A DNA stretch of 64,000 bases from Comamonas sp. SCN 65-56 (GTDB lineage: Bacteria; Pseudomonadota; Gammaproteobacteria; Burkholderiales; Burkholderiaceae_C). The notes beneath the pieces were generated by a model, which saw only the letters and a list, made by a program, of their open reading frames with translations, was not told where the DNA came from and made no database searches. Location of the stretch: positions 35,140-99,139 of the forward strand of contig NZ_MEDS01000003.1 of assembly GCF_001724135.1 (NCBI RefSeq), written 5' to 3'. Every line of letters begins with the position of its first letter. Positions within the stretch are counted from its first letter, which is position 1. The translations under genes and the position numbers were made by a program. This document shows positions 53,610 to 62,379 of this stretch, piece after piece.

Positions 53610-54557
53610 ATGGCAAGCCCCACGCAGCGCGCCCTGGCCGAACGCCTGAACGCGCATTTCGGCTTTTATCTCACGCATTGCCGTCTGCTGGCACAAGTGC
53701 ACTCGGACTGGCAGCACATCGAAATCCACGAGCACCCCCAGTTCGGGCGGCTCATGCGCATCGATGGCTGCTTCATGACCAGCGAGCGCGATGAATTTTT
53801 CTACCACGAGCCCATGGTGCACCTGCCTGCCATCGCCCACCCCGGCGTGCGCCGGGCGCTGATCGTGGGCGGCGGCGACGGCGGCGCGGCCGAAGAGCTG
53901 CTCAAGCTGCCGGAAATTGAACGGGTAACGCTGTGCGAACTCGACGGCGCAGTCATCCGCCTGGCGCACGAATGGCTGCCTGCCATTCACCGCGGCGCCT
54001 TCGACGATCCGCGCCTGGGCCTGCAACTCGGCGATGCGTGCGCCTTCATCGCTGCCACCGAAGAACGCTTCGACCAGATCGTGCTCGATCTGACCGACCC
54101 CTTCGGCCCCGCAGTCGAGCTCTACACCGTCGAGTTCTACCAGGCCTGCCGCCGCATCCTTGCGCCGGGTGGCGTCGTCTCGCTGCACCTGGGCTCGCCC
54201 ATCCATCTGCAAAACAGCCTGCAGCGCCTGCATGCCTCGCTGCAGGCCGTGTTTCCCATCGTGCGGCCCTATCTGCAATATGTGCCGCTCTATGGAACGC
54301 TGTGGTGCATGGCGATGGCGTCCGATACCACGGACCCGGCGGCACTCTCGGCCACCGAGGTGGATGCCCGCATCACGCAGCGCGGCATTGCCGACCTGCA
54401 GCTGTACAACGGCGCAGTGCACCAGGCCCTGCTGGCACAGCCCAATTTCGTGCGCGAACTCTTTGCTGCCCCAACCCGTGCGCTGCACCGCGGCGACACG
54501 CTGGCTGACGTGGTGAACCCGGCCGAGCTGCCGGAGATCACCATCACCGAGGGCTGA
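53610..54557 (+). CDS. speE: polyamine aminopropyltransferase (spermidine synthase family)
   Basis: 315 aa inside listed ORF 53076..54557; YHEPMVH, GGGDGG, DLTDP motifs. Confidence 0.88.
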   Translation: MASPTQRALAERLNAHFGFYLTHCRLLAQVHSDWQHIEIHEHPQFGRLMRIDGCFMTSERDEFFYHEPMVHLPAIAHPGVRRALIVGGGDGGAAEELLKLPEIERVTLCELDGAVIRLAHEWLPAIHRGAFDDPRLGLQLGDACAFIAATEERFDQIVLDLTDPFGPAVELYTVEFYQACRRILAPGGVVSLHLGSPIHLQNSLQRLHASLQAVFPIVRPYLQYVPLYGTLWCMAMASDTTDPAALSATEVDARITQRGIADLQLYNGAVHQALLAQPNFVRELFAAPTRALHRGDTLADVVNPAELPEITITEG

Positions 54558-54582
54558 CACAGCGCCGAACGAGCCCTGAGAC

Positions 54583-55842
<1,260 letters not shown>

Positions 55843-56012
55843 TTGCCTGTCTCTTTTGCGATCGTGAAAACATGGCTTGCGCCATGCCCGTATGCGTCAA
55901 ATTCTAATGACGAAAAGAAGGCACAATGCCGTCAACGCCGCAGCACCTGCACCCGTTGTGCTCAGCGCAACGCGGCGTTTCGCGCTGCATCCGCAGACAG
56001 GAAATGGCAACC

Positions 56013-56252
56013 ATGAAACAAGTTCTCGCACTCGTCACCGCAAGCCTCTTCGCCGCGGGCGTTTTTGCCCAAGGCACAACTGCTCCGGCAGAGCCCGTGG
56101 CACCCGCCGCGGTCGCCGCCCCTGCCGCTGCCGCGGCACCCGCAGCGGCCGCACCGCACGCCAAGGCGAAGAAAACCGCCAAGGCGCACAAGAAGGCTGG
56201 CAACAAGCACGCCAAGCGCCATAGCAAAAAGGCCGCCAAGACCGCCGCCTGA
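56013..56252 (+). CDS. small secreted Ala/Pro-rich protein with basic His/Lys tail (acid-shock-protein-like)
   Basis: MKQVLALVTASLFAAGVFAQG signal peptide, then APAAVAAPAAAAAPAAAAPHAKAKKTAKAHKKAGNKHAKRHSKKAAK; AGGAA SD about 10 nt upstream. Confidence 0.6.
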   Translation: MKQVLALVTASLFAAGVFAQGTTAPAEPVAPAAVAAPAAAAAPAAAAPHAKAKKTAKAHKKAGNKHAKRHSKKAAKTAA

Positions 56253-56298
56253 CGACAGCCGGGCTGCAACGTCATCCGCGTTGTTGCAGCCCGCCACG

Positions 56299-56334
56299 CA
56301 ACAGCCCGCAAAATACGTGTTTTGCGGGCTGTTG
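56299..56334 (+). terminator. perfect 15-bp stem hairpin (caacagcccgcaaaa / ttttgcgggctgttg, 6-nt loop)
   Basis: Read directly; preceded by a second hairpin at 56261-56292; lies between the small secreted protein gene and the DUF192 gene. Confidence 0.45.
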
Positions 56335-56347
56335 ATCGTTGTGCACC

Positions 56348-56827
56348 ATGCTTTTGAAGAAAACCACCACGCCTCTGGCGTTGACCTTGGTCCTGGGCCT
56401 GGCCTTCACCTGCGCCAGCGCCGCGGCCCAGCAGAACGAGCCGCAGATGAACCTGCCGCGCACCGAACTGCACGCGGGCATGTACCGCATCAGCGCCCAG
56501 CTGGCGAGCGCGCCGCGCGAACGCGAAATCGGCCTGATGTACCGCAGGCAGATGCCCGAGCACGAAGGCATGCTGTTCGCCTTCGAAGCGCCGGGCGTGC
56601 AATGCTTCTGGATGAAAAACACGCTGCTGCCGCTCACGGCCGCCTTCGTCGCCGATGACGGCACCATCGTGAACCTGGCCGACATGCAGCCGCAGACCGA
56701 AGACTCCCACTGCTCGGCCAAGCCGGTGCGCTTCGTGCTGGAAATGAACCAGGGCTGGTTTGCCAAAAAAGGCCTCAAGAGCGGCACCCGGCTGACGGGC
56801 GCGCCCTTTGCAGACAAGTCCCACTGA
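56348..56827 (+). CDS. DUF192 domain protein, secreted
   Basis: MLLKKTTTPLALTLVLGLAF signal; EREIGLMYR..MPEHEGMLFAF..FWMKNT..PL(T/D)AAF DUF192 pattern; listed ORF starts at TTG 56339. Confidence 0.8.
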   Translation: MLLKKTTTPLALTLVLGLAFTCASAAAQQNEPQMNLPRTELHAGMYRISAQLASAPREREIGLMYRRQMPEHEGMLFAFEAPGVQCFWMKNTLLPLTAAFVADDGTIVNLADMQPQTEDSHCSAKPVRFVLEMNQGWFAKKGLKSGTRLTGAPFADKSH

Positions 56828-57140
56828 AGCCTGCACTGGCCGTGAAAGGGGGCTGGAGCCATATCGCTGCGGCTTGAGGCATACCCCCATGGCTGCGCCT
56901 GAGAACGATCCGCTATAGGGCGACGTCGCGCGCCAGATCGAGCAAGCACTGGATGCATGGGCCAAAGCGAAGGCGCCCGCGAGCGGCCCGAGGCGCTGCG
57001 CCGGTATCTGGCCAGCCTGCCGCCCGCCGAAACGGCGCGCAAGGCTGGCGCAGGTGCTGGACGGGGGCGATTGGCTGGCTGTCGCGCAGGCAGGAGTGCG
57101 GACCGAGTATCGATGGCGACGGGTGGGGGACAATGCGCAG

Positions 57141-57434
57141 ATGCCAAACGCCTATGACGTTGCCAAGGCCGGAGGCCGGCATGCAGCATGGATGCGAGAG
57201 CAGCAGGAGTTGGGTGAACGACAGCTACGGTCGGCGCGACGCTCCCTTCAAAAACAGGTTGCATTGCATCTTGGCTGGCTTGACAACCCGACATCCAAAG
57301 TGCAAGACTGGAATGGACGCAGCGCCTTGTATCAGCAGGGTTTGCTACGCAAGTGGCAGCAAGATATACAACGCCAGCGCCAGCAAATCGAAATCATCGA
57401 AGGTGTGATGAAGGAAAAGGGCCATGAACGATAA
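57141..57434 (+). CDS. hypothetical helical protein (97 aa from ATG; frame open from 56919)
   Basis: MPNAYDVAKAGGRHAAWMREQQELGERQLRSARRSLQKQVALHLGWLDNP..; locally lower GC; no family recognised with confidence; start uncertain (GTG 57054 possible). Confidence 0.35.
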   Translation: MPNAYDVAKAGGRHAAWMREQQELGERQLRSARRSLQKQVALHLGWLDNPTSKVQDWNGRSALYQQGLLRKWQQDIQRQRQQIEIIEGVMKEKGHER

Positions 57435-57648
57435 AGATCGCGCATACAAGATCGTCTTGCTGGCCGTGCTCGGGCTGCTGCGCGAACAGGGTGAGAACCG
57501 CGCTGGCGAACTGGACGGCCTGAATGCCTATCAGGCACTTTCGGAGGCTTTGACGCAAGCGCGAGCCTACGGGTTGAGCGCCGATGATATTGGCTTGGGA
57601 GGCTTCAATCCAGATACCCTGCTGAACCCGGCCGAAGCGCACGCCTGA
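57424..57648 (+). CDS. hypothetical small acidic protein (74 aa)
   Basis: MNDKDRAYKIVLLAVLGLLREQGENRAGELDGLNAYQALSEAL..; ATG overlaps the upstream ORF by 11 nt, purine-rich AAGGAAAAGGG just upstream. Confidence 0.4.
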   Translation: MNDKDRAYKIVLLAVLGLLREQGENRAGELDGLNAYQALSEALTQARAYGLSADDIGLGGFNPDTLLNPAEAHA

Positions 57649-57805
57649 GCGCCTACCCCTACCCCTGCGCCCTGACCGCCATCAGCTTGCAGCCCTCAAT
57701 GCGGTCTGCATCGGCAATCGTCTCGAAATAGCGGCTTTGCGCCAGCGCGTCCACGGCGCTCCTGCCTCCTGGACACCGCGCCGCCGAACCAGCGCTGCCT
57801 CTACC

Positions 57806-58246
57806 TCAATCGCGCACGACGAGGACGGGTACCTTGACGACACCCAGCACGCGCTGCGTCACGCTGCCCAGCACCAGCTTCTCGATGCCGCGGCGCCCGT
57901 GCGAGCCCATCACCACCAGATCCGCCCCGCTGCTCTGCACGGTGGCCAGCACGCCCTCGTGCACCGTGTGGCCCTCGCCCACCACCGTCTCCACCTTGGC
58001 AATGCCGGCGGCGGTCACCGCGTCGCGGGCGGCGTCCAGCGCGGTACTGGCCTCGGCGTTGGCCGCCGTCAGGTACTGCGCCTGGCCGTAGGCAAAATCC
58101 GCGCCCACGCCGGTGAAGGGATAGGGGTCGATCACATACAGCAGCGTGATCTCGCTGCCAAACACCTGGGCCAGCGCCGCGGCGCGCGCCACCGCCTTCA
58201 TGGAGGTTTCCGATCCATCGACGGGAACCAGGATGTGCTTGAACAT
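57806..58246 (-). CDS. universal stress protein (UspA family)
   Basis: Start at MFKHILVPVDGSETS behind AAGGAG; C-terminal G-x2-G-x9-GS ATP motif (MGSHGRRGIEKLVLGSV). Confidence 0.9.
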   Translation of the reverse strand: MFKHILVPVDGSETSMKAVARAAALAQVFGSEITLLYVIDPYPFTGVGADFAYGQAQYLTAANAEASTALDAARDAVTAAGIAKVETVVGEGHTVHEGVLATVQSSGADLVVMGSHGRRGIEKLVLGSVTQRVLGVVKVPVLVVRD

Positions 58247-58279
58247 ATTGCGCTCCTTTCGCGGCATCGCGCCGCTTTG

Positions 58280-59050
58280 TCATGAAGGATTATGACCATC
58301 CTCGCCCAGGAAATGATCCCGGCGGCAGGTCAAAACCAGGGTGTCACGCCAGCCGTGCTCCGCCGTCGGCAGGATCGGCGTGGTTTCATGGATCATGCGG
58401 GCATCGTTCAGCAGCAGCACCGACCACGGCTCATCGAGCGTGAAGCGCTGCCCCGCCGGGCTGGCCGACTCGAAGATGCGCGTTTCGCCGCCCTTCACGC
58501 CCTCGCACCCCACCAGAAACACCGCCACCAGGTCCACGCCATCGCGGTGCGCGCCCTCGGGTGTCGGGCGCCCGACGCCGCCTTCGGTATCGATGCGGAA
58601 CTGGTGCGCCTCCACGCACCAGCGCGCGGGCGGCGCCTGCAGCGGCAGCAGCGCCGCCTGTGCGGCAGCCGCGGCGGCGCGCACCAGTGCCTGCCAGGCG
58701 GGGTTGGCCAGCGTCGCCGTCAGCATGGGCGCAAACCAGCGCTGCATGCCGCCGTGCAGCGCGTTGTACTGCACCGGCTGCCAATGCGCGCGGTGCGGTG
58801 CCTGGACAAGGCCCTCGCCCTGCACCACGAAGCAGGAATAGCGCCTGCGCCGGTAGCGCCCGCCATCCTTGAGGTAGTCGTCCGGCGGCAGGTCGTCCCA
58901 GTCCGCGTGCAGCCCCTGCAGCTGCGCCAGTGACGCGCCGGCCCAGCTCGCCATATCCTGCGGCGCCAGCACCGCATAGCCGCGCTCGCGCAGGTGCTGC
59001 GCCAGTTGCGCCGCCGGAACATAGGGGGGGGAAAAATGCGTGATGCCCAT
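58280..59050 (-). CDS. 2OG-Fe(II) dioxygenase family protein (2OG-Fe_Oxy_2-like), unknown substrate
   Basis: 256 aa; ..YRRRRYS.., HRDGVDLVAVFLV, ..MIHETTPI.. resembles the family I know as 2OG-Fe dioxygenase (BsmA-like). Confidence 0.65.
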   Translation of the reverse strand: MGITHFSPPYVPAAQLAQHLRERGYAVLAPQDMASWAGASLAQLQGLHADWDDLPPDDYLKDGGRYRRRRYSCFVVQGEGLVQAPHRAHWQPVQYNALHGGMQRWFAPMLTATLANPAWQALVRAAAAAAQAALLPLQAPPARWCVEAHQFRIDTEGGVGRPTPEGAHRDGVDLVAVFLVGCEGVKGGETRIFESASPAGQRFTLDEPWSVLLLNDARMIHETTPILPTAEHGWRDTLVLTCRRDHFLGEDGHNPS

Positions 59051-59142
59051 GGGTCACCAGCTTAGCGCAGCCGGCCCGGTCCGCGTGGCTGACCCTTGCG
59101 CCAAAATGGGGCTGGCGCGCCAGGCCGCGCCAGCCTCCATTT

Positions 59143-59197
59143 TTCAACAAAAACCAGCGCCAGCGCTTTACCACCATGCGCTTGCAGCTACAAACCC
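59143..59197 (+). repeat. dispersed intergenic repeat, family 1 (copy h, diverged)
   Basis: ttcaacaaaaaccagcgccagcgctttaccaccatgcgcttgcagctacaaaccc just upstream of the MmeI-like ATG. Confidence 0.6.
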
Positions 59198-59218
59198 GAT
59201 AGTGAGACACCACCGCCG

Positions 59219-62200
59219 ATGACCCCGCACGACTTCATCGCCCAATGGGGCCCGGGCGGCACCAGCGCGCACCTGAACGAAGAACAGGGCGCGCAAAGCC
59301 ACTTCCTCGGCCTGTGCGAGCTGCTGGGTGTGCCCAAGCCCGGCAGCCCGGAGGTGACGGGCGAATACCTGTTCGAGCGCCGCTCCCTCGTGCTGGGCGA
59401 GGCGCGTGGCTATGCCGACGTGTACTACCGCGACCACTTCGCCTGGGAGAACAAGGCCCCCGGCAAGAACCTGGACGCCGCGCTGCGCCAGCTCTTGCAG
59501 TACAGCCTGGCGCTCGCCAACCCGCCGCTGCTCGTCGTCTGCGACCGGCTCACCATCCGCATCCACACCCAGTTCAACGGCCACCCGAGCGAGACCCATG
59601 TGGTGCGCATCGAAGACCTGGTGCAGCCCGAAAAACGCGCACTGCTGGCGCGCTTGTGGCGCGATCCGCAAAGCTTTCGCCCACGCCAGACCAGCCGTGA
59701 CATCACCGAAGCCGCCGCCAGAAGCTTTGCCCAGCTGGCGGCGCAGCTGCGCGCTCGTGGCCATGCCGGCGAGGTGGTGGCGCACTTCCTCACGCAATGC
59801 CTGTTCTGCTTTTTTGCCGAAGACGTGGGCCTGCTGCCTGGCCGCATGTTCGAGCGCCTGGTCGACAACCGGGGCCTGACCAGCGACAAGCTCACCGCCG
59901 GCCTCACCAGCCTGTTCCAGACCATGCAGACCGGCGGCCTGTACGGCGCGGACGACATCCCCTGGTTCAACGGCGGGCTGTTCGCGCGCATCGCGGTGCC
60001 CAAGCTGGAGATCGTCGACATCACCGAACTGCGCAACGCCGCCAGCCTGAACTGGAGCGCGATCGACGTGAGCATCTTCGGCACCCTGTTTGAACGCGGG
60101 CTGGACCCGGCCAAGCGCAGCCAGCTCGGCGCGCACTACACCGACCCGGCGACGATCACCCGCATCATCGAGCCCGTCATCACCCGCCCGCTGCTGCAAG
60201 AATGGGAGCTGGTGGCGCAAGACCTGCAAGCGCTGGCGGCCAAAATCAGGAAAAACGGCGACGCCGCGTACAAAAAGACGCAGCAGCGCTTCGTGCGCTG
60301 GCTGGAGCGCCTGCGGGCGTATCGCATCCTGGACCCGGCGTGCGGCAGCGGCAACTTTCTCTTCATGGGCCTCAAGGCCCTCAAGGACGTGGAGCTGCAC
60401 GCCATCACCGAGGCCGCGCGCCTGGGGCTCGATCGCGAGCAAGACCTGGTCACCGGCGTGCACAACCTGCTGGGCATCGAGCTGAACGACTACGCCGCCG
60501 AACTGGCCCGCGTCTCGGTCTGGATCGGCGAAATCCAGTGGCGCATCGCCCACGGCTACGCCGCCAAGACCAACCCGGTGCTGGAGCCGCTGCAGCAAAT
60601 CGAATGCCGCGACGCGCTCTTGCAGTTTCCCCTTCCCCCTTTGGGGGAAGGCCGGGATGGGGGCCAGCCTGCCCCCGCCGAAGCGCAGTGGCCGCGCGCC
60701 GACGTGGTGGTGGGCAACCCGCCGTTTTTGGGCGACAAAAAAATGCGCCGTGAACTGGGCGACGCCTACGTGGACACGCTGCGCAAGACCTACGAAGGGC
60801 GCGTGCCCGGTGGTGCTGATCTGGTCTGTTATTGGTTTGAAAAAAGCCGCGCAGCGCTTGCCAGCCAAGCGCTGCAAGCTGCGGGTTTGGTAGCAACCAA
60901 CTCCATCCGCGGCGGCAAGAACCGCGCCGTGCTCGACGCGATCGTGCGTGACAGCCGCATCTACGAAGCCTGGAGCGACGAGCCCTGGGTGAACGACGGC
61001 GCGGCGGTGCGAGTGTCTTTGGTAGCGTTTGGAACTGTGGAAACGCACCACCGCCTCGATGGCCAGGAGGTTGCACGCATTCATGCCGACCTGACGGCAG
61101 GCCAAGCTGGTGCTTCAACACTCGACGTCACGACAGCGTTGCGCCTTGCATCCAACGCCAACTGCTGCTTCGTGGGCACGTCCAAGAAAGCCTCTTTTGA
61201 CATTCCTGGCGTACTGGCGCGCTCGTGGCTCGCATTACCCAACCCCAACGGGCGCAGCAGCGCGGAGGTGGTGAAACCCTGGATCAATGGCGCGGATATC
61301 GTGCGCCGACCTTCAGACACGTGGATCGTTGATTTCGGCATAGACGCAAGCGAGGAAGAATCCGCCTTGTTCGAGGCGCCGTTCGCCTATGTCCAGCGCG
61401 TCGTGAAGCCCGAGAAAGACATCGTGCGCAGCGCGGCAGAACGGCGCCGCTGGTGGCTGCACGCACGCACGGCACCGGACATGCGTGCCGCGCTGCGGCA
61501 ACCACAGCGCTTCATCGCAACCTCTATCGTCGCCAAGCACCGCCTGTGGGTCTGGTTTGACAAAAGCGTGCTGCCAAGCCATGCGACCGGCGTCATCGCC
61601 CGCGCCGACGACACCACCTTCGGCATCCTGCACAGCCGCATGCATGAACTGTGGTCGCTGCGCATGGGCACCTCGCTGGAAGATCGGCCGCGCTACACCC
61701 CCACCACCTGCTTCGAAACCTTCCCCTTCCCCGCCGGCCTGACCCCCGCGGACACGGCCCACCAACGCACCGAGGCACTGGAAGACGGCGCCGTGATTCC
61801 CGCCGATCTGCCGGAGACCGCCGAAAATTCCAAGCCAAATCCGGCTCCAGCGCATGCTGGGCAAGCGTCAGCAGCTATCAAACCCATCAGCATTCGCAGT
61901 GCCGCCAGCGCCATCGCCCAGGCCGCGCACCGGCTCGATACGCTGCGCCGCAACTGGCTCAACCCGCCCAAATGGACACATCGCCTGCCCGAGGTGGTGC
62001 CGCTGGGCATGAGCGCATCGCCCTACCCCGACCGCACCGAGCCGCGCCACGGCCTTTCGGAGCAGGACGCCAAGGCGCTGCAGAAACGCACCCTCACCAA
62101 CCTCTACAACGCCCGCCCCGCGTGGCTGGCGCAGGCGCATGGGCTGCTGGATGCCTCTGTTGCCGCCGCCTACGGCTGGAGCGACTACCGCGCCGACATG

Positions 62201-62287
62201 CCCGACGACGAAATCCTGCGGCGATTGCTGGCGCTCAATCTGGAAAGGGCGTCAGCGGAAAGGGCGTCAGCAACGCCCAAAGGGTGA
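59219..62287 (+). CDS. MmeI-family Type IIL (IIG) restriction-modification fusion enzyme / N6-adenine DNA methyltransferase
   Basis: 1022 aa from MTPHDFIAQW; N-terminal D67-X9-E77-X-K79 (GYADVYYRDHFAWENK), SAM motif I ILDPACGSGNFL, motif IV VVGNPPFLG, C-terminal RTLTNLYN..WL..H..LD..VAAAYGW. Confidence 0.85.
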   Translation: MTPHDFIAQWGPGGTSAHLNEEQGAQSHFLGLCELLGVPKPGSPEVTGEYLFERRSLVLGEARGYADVYYRDHFAWENKAPGKNLDAALRQLLQYSLALANPPLLVVCDRLTIRIHTQFNGHPSETHVVRIEDLVQPEKRALLARLWRDPQSFRPRQTSRDITEAAARSFAQLAAQLRARGHAGEVVAHFLTQCLFCFFAEDVGLLPGRMFERLVDNRGLTSDKLTAGLTSLFQTMQTGGLYGADDIPWFNGGLFARIAVPKLEIVDITELRNAASLNWSAIDVSIFGTLFERGLDPAKRSQLGAHYTDPATITRIIEPVITRPLLQEWELVAQDLQALAAKIRKNGDAAYKKTQQRFVRWLERLRAYRILDPACGSGNFLFMGLKALKDVELHAITEAARLGLDREQDLVTGVHNLLGIELNDYAAELARVSVWIGEIQWRIAHGYAAKTNPVLEPLQQIECRDALLQFPLPPLGEGRDGGQPAPAEAQWPRADVVVGNPPFLGDKKMRRELGDAYVDTLRKTYEGRVPGGADLVCYWFEKSRAALASQALQAAGLVATNSIRGGKNRAVLDAIVRDSRIYEAWSDEPWVNDGAAVRVSLVAFGTVETHHRLDGQEVARIHADLTAGQAGASTLDVTTALRLASNANCCFVGTSKKASFDIPGVLARSWLALPNPNGRSSAEVVKPWINGADIVRRPSDTWIVDFGIDASEEESALFEAPFAYVQRVVKPEKDIVRSAAERRRWWLHARTAPDMRAALRQPQRFIATSIVAKHRLWVWFDKSVLPSHATGVIARADDTTFGILHSRMHELWSLRMGTSLEDRPRYTPTTCFETFPFPAGLTPADTAHQRTEALEDGAVIPADLPETAENSKPNPAPAHAGQASAAIKPISIRSAASAIAQAAHRLDTLRRNWLNPPKWTHRLPEVVPLGMSASPYPDRTEPRHGLSEQDAKALQKRTLTNLYNARPAWLAQAHGLLDASVAAAYGWSDYRADMPDDEILRRLLALNLERASAERASATPKG
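60626..60665 (+). repeat. G/C-tract palindromic element, family 2 (copy 3), in frame inside the MmeI-like CDS
   Basis: tttccccttccccctttgggggaaggccgggatgggggcc, perfect 9-bp stem CCTTCCCCC-TTT-GGGGGAAGG; translated FPLPPLGEGRDGGQ about 17 codons before NPPF. Confidence 0.8.
61823..61885 (+). repeat. dispersed repeat, family 1 (copy i), in frame inside the MmeI-like CDS
   Basis: gaaaattccaagccaaatccggctccagcgcatgctgggcaagcgtcagcagctatcaaaccc; full-length match to the intergenic copies; translated ENSKPNPAPAHAGQASAAIKP. Confidence 0.8.
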
Positions 62288-62325
62288 AAAGCAAATAGTG
62301 ATGGGCCCATTGAAGTCTGCACTGG

Positions 62326-62364
62326 CTGTGGGAGCGGCTTGAGCCGCGAAGGCCATTCGCGAAT
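62326..62364 (+). repeat. REP-like palindromic element (family 3, single copy here)
   Basis: ctgtgggagcggcttgagccgcgaaggccattcgcgaat; short stems GCGGCT/AGCCGC and GCGAA/TTCGC; between convergent genes. Confidence 0.5.
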
Positions 62365-62379
62365 TCAAGTTTCAGCGGA

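Noticed and set aside
57659-57805. 49 sense codons in frame after the uspA stop, ending ..VDALAQSRYFETIADADRIEGCKLMAVRAQG-stop; possible read-through extension or decayed C-terminal gene fragment
   Set aside because: It is too short and unsupported. UspA proteins normally end where the TGA is, there is no recoding signal I can recognise, and high GC3 alone is not evidence. I mention it only as a possible relic consistent with decay of this spacer.
59168-61105. 645-aa ORF on the minus strand
   Set aside because: It is antisense to the MmeI-like gene, which has clear methyltransferase and nuclease motifs. The antisense product is a low-complexity Ala/Gly/Arg/Val sequence.
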